A DNA stretch of 32,000 nucleotides from an uncultured Flavobacteriaceae bacterium (GTDB taxonomy: Bacteria; Bacteroidota; Bacteroidia; Flavobacteriales; Flavobacteriaceae), in NCBI GenBank assembly GCA_964276095.1, contig CAXYDR010000003.1:486154-518153 (forward strand), given 5' to 3'. A program made the translations under genes and the position numbers. The stretch's first letter is position 1. Each line of letters begins with the position of its first letter. Shown here piece after piece: positions 25,114-32,000 of the stretch. The notes beneath the pieces are model-generated. The model was not told the origin of the DNA and made no database searches. It saw only the letters and a program-made list of their open reading frames with translations.

Positions 25114-25150
25114 AAAAAAAGCCGATACATTGCTGTATCGGCTTTTTTTT
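25114..25150. terminator. Intrinsic terminator ending the nqr operon
   Basis: A7-GCCGATAC-ATTGCT-GTATCGGC-T8. Stem at 25121-25142, 60 nt downstream of the nqrF stop on the minus strand. Confidence 0.8.
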
Positions 25151-25210
25151 GAATTATGATATTACTTTGCTAACGCTCAGAATAACATTTATATTTAATA
25201 AGATTATTGC

Positions 25211-26524
25211 CTATCCTCCGAAATCATCGAAACGGATATTCTCATCATCTAAACCAAAGTCTTCACCCATTTTTTGAACAGCATTGTTCATTAATGGCGG
25301 TCCACAGAAGTATAACTCTAAATCTTCCGGAGATTCATGTTTAGATAAATACTCATCTATTACAACTTGATGAATAAACCCAGTGAAACCATCACCATTT
25401 TCATCTTCAACATCCTTTTTAATTTTCCAGTTATCTGCTTCTGTTGGATCAGATAATGCAATAAAGAATTTGAAATTTGGGAAATCCTTTTCTAAATCTC
25501 TAAAGTAATGTATGTAAAACAATTCAGCTTTAGAACGTCCACCATACCAATATGTTACTTTTCGACCAGTTTTTAAGGTTCTAAATAATTCATATAAGTG
25601 AGATCTCATTGGCGCCATACCAGCTCCACCACCTACATACAACATTTCAGCTTCAGACTCATTTATGAAGAATTCTCCATAAGGTCCAGAAATTGTACAC
25701 TTATCACCAACTTTTAAGTTGAAGATATAAGAAGATGCTATACCTGGATTTACATCCATCCATCCGCCTTTGGCACGGTCGAAAGGAGGTGTTGCTACAC
25801 GTACATTAAGCATGATTTTTCTACCTTCAGCAGGATAAGAAGCCATAGAGTAAGCACGTTCAACCAATTCGTTATTTTTCATAACTAAAGGCCATAAACC
25901 AAACTTCTCCCAATCAGCTTTAAACTTATCTGGTTCTCCTGGGTGATCTTGAGGATGCGCAGAAACGTCCATGTCTGAAAATTTCACTTCACACTCAGGG
26001 ATTTCAATTTGAATATATCCACCAGCTTTATACCCCATATCTTCTGGGATTTCCACTACAAATTCTTTAATAAAAGTCGCTACATTATAGTTTGAAACTA
26101 CAGTTGCTTCCCACTTCTTGATTCCAAAAACTTCTTCTGGAATAGAAATATTCATGTCTTGCTTTACCTTTACCTGACAAGATAAACGCGCTCCATCTTT
26201 CAATTCTTTACGAGTAAAGTGAGGCACTTCTGTTGGTAATGCTTCCCCACCACCATCATGTACGTGACATTCACATTGTATACAAGTTCCACCACCACCA
26301 CATGCTGATGGTAAAAATATTTTTTGAGCTCCTAATGTAGATAATAAAGTACTTCCTGAAGCAACCTCTATTTCTTTTTCTCCGTTAATAGTAATTTTAA
26401 CGTTTCCTGATGGTAATAATTTATCTTTTGCAAAGATTAAAATACCTACTAAAACCAATACTAACACAAGCAATGAAATCACTGTGATAGCTATTGCTCC
26501 TCCTGTTGATGCTAAATATATCAT
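25211..26524 (-). CDS. nqrF: Na+-translocating NADH:quinone oxidoreductase subunit F
   Basis: N-terminal TM helix, 2Fe-2S ferredoxin motif [12 protein letters not shown]...C, FAD motif [13 protein letters not shown]-binding GGGAGMAPM. Confidence 0.96.
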   Translation of the reverse strand: MIYLASTGGAIAITVISLLVLVLVLVGILIFAKDKLLPSGNVKITINGEKEIEVASGSTLLSTLGAQKIFLPSACGGGGTCIQCECHVHDGGGEALPTEVPHFTRKELKDGARLSCQVKVKQDMNISIPEEVFGIKKWEATVVSNYNVATFIKEFVVEIPEDMGYKAGGYIQIEIPECEVKFSDMDVSAHPQDHPGEPDKFKADWEKFGLWPLVMKNNELVERAYSMASYPAEGRKIMLNVRVATPPFDRAKGGWMDVNPGIASSYIFNLKVGDKCTISGPYGEFFINESEAEMLYVGGGAGMAPMRSHLYELFRTLKTGRKVTYWYGGRSKAELFYIHYFRDLEKDFPNFKFFIALSDPTEADNWKIKKDVEDENGDGFTGFIHQVVIDEYLSKHESPEDLELYFCGPPLMNNAVQKMGEDFGLDDENIRFDDFGG

Positions 26525-26526
26525 AA

Positions 26527-27240
26527 TTAGTTTACAGATTTTGTGTTTGTATTAACAACAAGTGTTTCCGCTTTTTCAACTTCAACAACTGCTGTTTTCT
26601 CTTGTTTTTTTGCTTTACCATCATCACCCGTTAACATTCCTCCAAAACTATTGAAACCTATAGCCATAAGTCCTGTTATGATAAATGTAATTCCCAATCC
26701 TCTTAAGGCAGGTGGTACATTTGAGTAACGTATTTTTTCACGAATAGCTGCAATTGCTAAAATTGCTAAGAACCAACCAATTCCTGATCCAACTCCGTAA
26801 ACAGTAGCATGACCAATAGTAGCAAACTCTTTTTGTTGCATGAATAATGACCCTCCTAAAATAGCACAGTTTACTGCTATAAGTGGTAAAAATATACCTA
26901 AAGAGTTATACAGTGATGGAGAAAATTTCTCTACAATAATCTCAACCAATTGTACCATTGTTGCAATAGTAGCAATAAACAAGATGAATGTTAAGAAACT
27001 TAAATCGTACTCAGCATATTCTGGCCCTAACCAAGCTAAAGCACCATCTTTTAATAAATACTGATCTAACAACCAGTTTAGAGGCATTGTAATTGCCAAT
27101 ACAAATATTACTGCTGCACCTAATCCAACTGCAGTAGAAACTTTTTTAGATACCGCTAAGTAAGAACACATTCCTAAGAAATATGTAAATACCATGTTTT
27201 GGGTAAATATAGATTTGAATAATAATTCTAAATATTCCAT
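26527..27240 (-). CDS. nqrE: Na+-NQR subunit E, with a 35-aa hydrophilic C-terminal tail
   Basis: [33 protein letters not shown] is the conserved NqrE/RnfA N-terminus. Polytopic membrane protein. Confidence 0.93.
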   Translation of the reverse strand: MEYLELLFKSIFTQNMVFTYFLGMCSYLAVSKKVSTAVGLGAAVIFVLAITMPLNWLLDQYLLKDGALAWLGPEYAEYDLSFLTFILFIATIATMVQLVEIIVEKFSPSLYNSLGIFLPLIAVNCAILGGSLFMQQKEFATIGHATVYGVGSGIGWFLAILAIAAIREKIRYSNVPPALRGLGITFIITGLMAIGFNSFGGMLTGDDGKAKKQEKTAVVEVEKAETLVVNTNTKSVN

Positions 27241-27308
27241 TTTTTAAAGTTTTTAGTTTTTACAACCGCTTCAACAAGCTCCGCGTGACATAAAAATTAC
27301 TAAATAGC

Positions 27309-27953
27309 CTAGTGATCTTCTACTAAAGCTGGATTTTGACTACGTTGTACCCAAATAATGATTCCTACTACTATTAATGCCATTGGCGCTAATACCATAA
27401 AACCGTTATTTTCATATCCATAAGCATATAATCCAGTTTTTTCAATAGGATCTCCTAATACTTTAATACCGAATAATGTACCTGCTCCTAACAACTCTCT
27501 AAAGAATGCTACAACAATTAACAATAATCCGTATCCTGCAGCATTACCAATACCATCTAAAAAAGCTGGCCAAGGTTTGTTTGCCAAAGCAAAAGCTTCA
27601 AAACGCCCCATGATAATACAGTTTGTAATAATCAACCCAATAAATACTGATAGCGTTTTACTTAATTCGTAAGCATAAGCTTTCAATACTTGATCAACTA
27701 TAATTACTAAAGCAGCTACAATAATTAACTGCACAATAATTCTAATTTTTGAAGGAATAATATTTCTCATTAATGAGATTATCACGTTTCCAATACCTAA
27801 AACAAACAATACAGAAACCGCCATTATAATTGATGGCTTTAACTGCGCTGTAATTGCTAAGGCTGAACAAATTCCCAATACTTGTATAGTAATAGGATTG
27901 TTATCTGCTAAAGGATCTAATAACAGTCCTTTGTGTTTTTTTGAAAGTCCCAT
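27309..27953 (-). CDS. nqrD: Na+-NQR subunit D
   Basis: LLDPLADNNPITIQVLGICSALA is the conserved NqrD/RnfE N-terminus. Operon position between nqrC and nqrE. Confidence 0.93.
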   Translation of the reverse strand: MGLSKKHKGLLLDPLADNNPITIQVLGICSALAITAQLKPSIIMAVSVLFVLGIGNVIISLMRNIIPSKIRIIVQLIIVAALVIIVDQVLKAYAYELSKTLSVFIGLIITNCIIMGRFEAFALANKPWPAFLDGIGNAAGYGLLLIVVAFFRELLGAGTLFGIKVLGDPIEKTGLYAYGYENNGFMVLAPMALIVVGIIIWVQRSQNPALVEDH

Positions 27954-27955
27954 AA

Positions 27956-28714
27956 TTATTTAGCTGTTTTTAAAGTTTCAAAATATGGCAAGTATAATGC
28001 AAGACCCTTTTTAATCATTGCAGTAACCCCATCACCAGTAATTGTAGCACCTGCCATAGCATCTACTGCATTATCAGTTTTACGATCATTTTTAGGATCT
28101 AAATTTCCTTTTTTAACCGTAATTCCTTGGTAGTTTCCTGCTGCATCAAAAATATGCTCTCCTTTAAAGTCATCTCTAAAATAAGCTTCTTTAATGTTAG
28201 CTCCTAAACCAGGAGTTTCCCCTTTATGATCAAAGTAAGCACCTTGAACAACTAAATTTTCATCCAAAGCTACGTAAGCCCAAATAGCATCCCACAAACC
28301 ATTACCTCTCATTGGTACAACGTAAAATGTATTTCCGTCTTTTTTACCAATAAATAAAGGTAATTGCTGCTCATAAGAAGCATTTGCTTTTACTTTATCT
28401 TGCTCCTTTTTAACTTCTAGTTTAAATGCTTCAGTAGTTTTTGTAGCTGTAGCACCTTTAACGATGTATTGCTCTGCTCCTACATATTGCTTAAACAAAT
28501 CTTCAGCTTGCGTTTTGTCAGCAAATTCAGTTTTATCTTCTGAACTTGTAACACCCATTGCAAACAAAATATTTTGCATTTTTTCTATTTTCTTATTAGC
28601 CTTGATATCAGGACTTAGTGCAGAAGATATTCCCGCTAGTAATGTCCCAACTACTAATACCATCACGATTGAAAAAATAATCGTGTATGAATTTTTACTT
28701 GTATCTATAGCCAT
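27956..28714 (-). CDS. nqrC: Na+-NQR subunit C (FMN-binding)
   Basis: Single N-terminal TM helix. Flavinylation-type motif DAMAGATITGDG. Operon position. Confidence 0.92.
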   Translation of the reverse strand: MAIDTSKNSYTIIFSIVMVLVVGTLLAGISSALSPDIKANKKIEKMQNILFAMGVTSSEDKTEFADKTQAEDLFKQYVGAEQYIVKGATATKTTEAFKLEVKKEQDKVKANASYEQQLPLFIGKKDGNTFYVVPMRGNGLWDAIWAYVALDENLVVQGAYFDHKGETPGLGANIKEAYFRDDFKGEHIFDAAGNYQGITVKKGNLDPKNDRKTDNAVDAMAGATITGDGVTAMIKKGLALYLPYFETLKTAK

Positions 28715-28717
28715 AAC

Positions 28718-29911
28718 TTATGCTGTTTTTACACGTTTTAATCGCTTCTTCACATTTCCTTGAACCACATAATGGTCAATTGTTGGAGCGAAAACATTCA
28801 TTAATAAAATAGCTAACATCACTCCTTCAGGGAAGGCTGGGTTAAATACACGAATCATAACTGATAAGAAACCAATTAAGAAACCGTAAATCCATTTTCC
28901 TTTGTTTGTTTGTGCAGCCGACACAGGGTCAGTAGCCATAAACACAACACCAAATGCTAAACCTCCAACTAATAAATGTTGCCAGTAAGGCAAATTCATT
29001 AATGCAAAGAATTTTGTTCCTTCCATAGAAGGTGCTACTTGGTTAAAGATTAATCCCATTATTAAAGATCCAACTACAGCAGACAACATAATTCTCCAAG
29101 AACCAATTTTAGTAAAGATTAAGAATAACCCGGCTAATAAAATTAATAGCGTAGAGGTTTCCCCTACCGATCCAGGAATAAATCCTAAAAACTGATCCAT
29201 TACTGAATAACTAACTTCTTTTGCTTGCGCTAAAGAACCTAAAACTGTTTCTCCTGAAAAAGCATCTGGTGTTCCAGTAGCAGCTTGTGCTCCTTCTACC
29301 CATACTTTATCTCCTGTCATCCAAGTTGGATAAGCAAAGAATAAAAATGCTCTTACTGTTAATGCAGGATTCAAGATATTCATCCCTGTTCCTCCAAAAA
29401 CTTCTTTACCAATAACAACTCCAAATACAACCGCTACTCCTAACATCCATAATGGAATATCAACAGGAACAATTAATGGAATTAACATACCGGATACTAA
29501 ATATCCTTCTTCTACTTCGTGGCCTTTTATGATAGCAAAAATAAATTCTACTCCAAGACCAACAATGTAAGAAACTAATACTAATGGTAAAATTTTACCA
29601 GCTCCTAACAAGAAGTTGTCCATAGTCCAGAATTCAGGACTTAAAAAACCAGCAGAAGCCGCTTGAATATCTCCAGCAGCTAAATAATGTTGGTAACCAG
29701 CATTAAACATACCGAATAGTAAACATGGTACTAAAGCCATGATTACTGTATTCATTGTACGTTTTAAATCGTCCGCTACACGAATATGACTTCCTGAATG
29801 AGTTACCTCATTTGGCAAATACACAAACGTATGTAACGCGTTAAAAGCAGGAGCCATCTTGGTCCCTTTATACTTTTCTTTTAAATTATGTAAATTACTT
29901 TTTAAGCTCAT
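28718..29911 (-). CDS. nqrB: Na+-NQR subunit B
   Basis: Polytopic membrane protein. Flavinylation-type motif DAFSGETVLG. GGTGMNILNPAL is conserved in NqrB/RnfD. Confidence 0.93.
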   Translation of the reverse strand: MSLKSNLHNLKEKYKGTKMAPAFNALHTFVYLPNEVTHSGSHIRVADDLKRTMNTVIMALVPCLLFGMFNAGYQHYLAAGDIQAASAGFLSPEFWTMDNFLLGAGKILPLVLVSYIVGLGVEFIFAIIKGHEVEEGYLVSGMLIPLIVPVDIPLWMLGVAVVFGVVIGKEVFGGTGMNILNPALTVRAFLFFAYPTWMTGDKVWVEGAQAATGTPDAFSGETVLGSLAQAKEVSYSVMDQFLGFIPGSVGETSTLLILLAGLFLIFTKIGSWRIMLSAVVGSLIMGLIFNQVAPSMEGTKFFALMNLPYWQHLLVGGLAFGVVFMATDPVSAAQTNKGKWIYGFLIGFLSVMIRVFNPAFPEGVMLAILLMNVFAPTIDHYVVQGNVKKRLKRVKTA

Positions 29912-29915
29912 AGCG

Positions 29916-31268
29916 TTATCCTATTTCTTTATACATTAAGTCTAACCCTTCTCTAATAATCTCTTGGTGTGGCTGTTTAGACACACAAACAAATTCTGTC
30001 AAAGCAAAATCTTCAGGCGCAACCTCATACATACCTAAAGCTTCCATTTCATCTAAATCTTTCACCATACAAGCTTTTAACAACTGCATTGGATACATAT
30101 CTAAAGGAAAAACTTCTTCGAAAGAACCAGTAACAACAAATGCTCTGTGCTCTCCGTTAGTATTTGTATTTAAATCAAACTTTTTATTTGGCATCATCCA
30201 AGAAAAAGTTAACGCTCTTGAAGTAGACACTTTATTAAATACTGGCTTGTTCCATCCGAATAAATCATAATCGTCTCCCTCAGGAATTACAGTAACTGTA
30301 TTGTTGTAATACCCTAAATAACCATCAGGATTTACTTTAGATCCAGTTAATACATCTCCACCAATAACACGAATGTTTTCAGTATGTACTCCAGAAGCAT
30401 ACACAAATGTAGCTACTTCCGACCCTATTTTAGTTTTGTAGTACTTAGGTTTTTTAACTGAAGAACCTACTAAGGCTATAGTACGTTCCGCATTAAATTT
30501 ACCAGTTAATAACAACTCACCAATGATTACTAAATCTTGTGGAGTTACCGTCCAAACTACTTCCCCTTTATTAACAGGATCAATTTTATTAATCTGTGTA
30601 CCTACATTCCCTGAAGGATGCGGCCCAGATACTTTATGCAATGTAACACCGTTTAAACCTGATAAAGGAGAATTTGACTTCTTCCCTACAGAAATGTGTA
30701 CTGCACCTTCAGTTAATTTACCTAAAGCAGTTACTGCAGCTTGCAATTCAGCTTCTTTACCAGCTAATACGTAATCGTAGTCAGCAGCTAAAGGAGCACT
30801 TGCATAAGCAGAAACAAAAATAGCTTTTGGAGCAACTTCCGGATTTGCAATTACAGCATACGGACGTTGGTTGATAAACGGCCAACAACCTGTTGCTAAT
30901 AAATGATTTTTAATAGTTTCAGCATTTGCAGTGTCAACATTTACACTAGCGACGCTAGTATATTTTTGATCTTTATCTGCACTGATTTTGATGGTTAGAA
31001 TTCTTCTTCTGTCTCCACGAACAATCTCTGAAATCTCACCACTAACTGGAGCAGCAAATTTCATAGCTTCATTGGTTTTGTTGAAAAACACAGCTTCACC
31101 AGCTTGTACTTTATCACCAACTTTTTTAAGCATTTTTGGGATTATTCCATGAAAATCTGAAAGTTGAATTGCGTAAACATTACTTGCTATAGCTTGAACC
31201 GTGTCTTTTTCGGCCTCACCAACAAGTTTAATGTCAAACCCTTTTCGTATACGAATGTCTTTGGACAT
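29916..31268 (-). CDS. nqrA: Na+-NQR subunit A
   Basis: 450 aa, soluble, first gene of the operon. MSKDIRIRKGFDIKLVGEAEK is a typical NqrA start. Confidence 0.93.
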   Translation of the reverse strand: MSKDIRIRKGFDIKLVGEAEKDTVQAIASNVYAIQLSDFHGIIPKMLKKVGDKVQAGEAVFFNKTNEAMKFAAPVSGEISEIVRGDRRRILTIKISADKDQKYTSVASVNVDTANAETIKNHLLATGCWPFINQRPYAVIANPEVAPKAIFVSAYASAPLAADYDYVLAGKEAELQAAVTALGKLTEGAVHISVGKKSNSPLSGLNGVTLHKVSGPHPSGNVGTQINKIDPVNKGEVVWTVTPQDLVIIGELLLTGKFNAERTIALVGSSVKKPKYYKTKIGSEVATFVYASGVHTENIRVIGGDVLTGSKVNPDGYLGYYNNTVTVIPEGDDYDLFGWNKPVFNKVSTSRALTFSWMMPNKKFDLNTNTNGEHRAFVVTGSFEEVFPLDMYPMQLLKACMVKDLDEMEALGMYEVAPEDFALTEFVCVSKQPHQEIIREGLDLMYKEIG

Positions 31269-31299
31269 AATTGAGTAGATTTTTCTAAAAAATTCGAGC

Positions 31300-31307
31300 C
31301 AAATTTA
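31300..31307 (-). promoter_or_regulatory. -7 box TAAATTTG upstream of nqrA
   Basis: Minus-sense TAAATTTG matches TAnnTTTG, 31 nt upstream of the ATG at 31268. No clear -33 TTTG. Confidence 0.4.
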
Positions 31308-31439
31308 CAATTTAATAGCCGACTCTTAAAATTGTGTTAAGGCAATTTTATTTATTTATACTGTTTCTAAATAAATATTTTTACTGCAATTAGCTATGGT
31401 ATGAAAATTGATTATATTTACACCTAAACATATTTTTCA

Positions 31440-32000
31440 ATGCGATTTATTTTCCCATTTATCATCTTACTAAGCATCAGCATAAACTATGCACAAACAG
31501 TTAACGAAGTAGCTCCACCTCAACATATAAAAACAATCATCCTACAGGAATTAACTTCTGAAAGACAAATTCCATTAATTCAACTTGGAAAAACACTTAA
31601 CTTTTCTTTTGACGACATCAATGGTGATGAAGCTGATTATTACTACAAAGTTTCACATAGAAACTTTGATTGGACCGCATCTCCTTTATCAAAGAACGAA
31701 TACATAAGAGGTATGGATGACCAACATATTCAAGATTACGAAAACTCATTCAATACTTTACAACTTTATTCTCACTACAAATTACAAATCCCAAATAGCG
31801 ATTTAAGAATTATCAAAACTGGTAATTATTTTTTAGAAATATATGATGACAACGAAGAGTTATTGTTTTCAAAAAAATTCATTGTTTACCAAAATAATGC
31901 AAGTGTTAAAGTTGAAACAAAACGATCAAGAGACCTTAGTTTTATCAATGGAAAGCAAATAGTTCAATTTACCATTAAGCCAAGGAATGACTTTTTTATT
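31440..32000 (+). CDS. Exported protein, 3' end cut by the window edge; possibly DUF5103 / T9SS plug-like family
   Basis: Not in the supplied ORF track because it never reaches a stop. ATG at 31440, then 187 open codons to the edge: MRFIFPFIILLSISINYAQ (signal peptide) TVNEVAPPQHIKTIILQE...FDDINGDEADYYYKVSHRNFDWTASPLSKNEYIRGMDD...SFNTLQLYSHYKLQIPN... The family assignment is from memory only. Confidence 0.8.
   Translation, partial: MRFIFPFIILLSISINYAQTVNEVAPPQHIKTIILQELTSERQIPLIQLGKTLNFSFDDINGDEADYYYKVSHRNFDWTASPLSKNEYIRGMDDQHIQDYENSFNTLQLYSHYKLQIPNSDLRIIKTGNYFLEIYDDNEELLFSKKFIVYQNNASVKVETKRSRDLSFINGKQIVQFTIKPRNDFFI

Noticed and set aside
25092-25277. 61-aa plus-strand ORF
   Set aside because: It reads through the nqr terminator hairpin and the 3' end of nqrF in antisense.
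27241-27308. The 68-nt nqrD-nqrE gap, locally GC-richer (CAACCGCTTCAACAAGCTCCGCGTGAC), as an internal regulatory hairpin or small ORF
   Set aside because: I could find no complementary arms, no TAnnTTTG box and no start/stop pair. It is probably just a longer spacer.

Overview
AT-rich segment (about one-third GC by eye) that looks like a Flavobacteriia (Bacteroidota) chromosome. Supporting signs: type-A T9SS C-terminal sorting domains, a TonB-dependent receptor with a CarboxypepD_reg N-domain followed by a DUF4249 lipoprotein, TTTG/TAnnTTTG promoter boxes, A-rich leaders without Shine-Dalgarno sequences, and a complete Na+-NQR operon. I call 27 CDS. Two are cut by the window edges, and one of those (31440-32000) is missing from the supplied ORF track. 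I also call two identical tRNA-Gly(UCC) genes, ten intrinsic terminators and several promoter boxes. Most content is housekeeping: gpmI, map, nqrABCDEF, apbE, a DEAD-box helicase, a CoA-transferase, GNATs, and an M48 / L,D-transpeptidase envelope cluster. A 7.3-kb block of three monocistronic secreted-protein genes (reprolysin-like M12B protease, M43 metzincin, small T9SS cargo) sits between the nqr operon and the operon carrying apbE. I found no CRISPR array, transposase, integrase, phage gene, toxin-antitoxin pair or recognisable defence system, so I cannot name a clear-cut novel system. The best leads are: (1) the M43 protease ends in two dockerin-like Ca-binding repeats instead of a T9SS CTD and is followed by a small T9SS-anchored protein, a possible docking pair; (2) one promoter and one terminator bracket a five-gene unit, DEAD-box helicase, TonB receptor, DUF4249, orphan 125-aa protein, ApbE; (3) the 125-aa orphan is tightly coupled to apbE; (4) an unannotated promoter / 14-codon ORF or sRNA / terminator unit lies in a 333-bp convergent spacer; (5) near-identical terminator hairpins with compensatory changes flank the M12B gene; (6) the two tRNA-Gly genes are perfectly duplicated, self-contained units. 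All functional calls come from motifs read by eye and family knowledge from memory; no searches were run.
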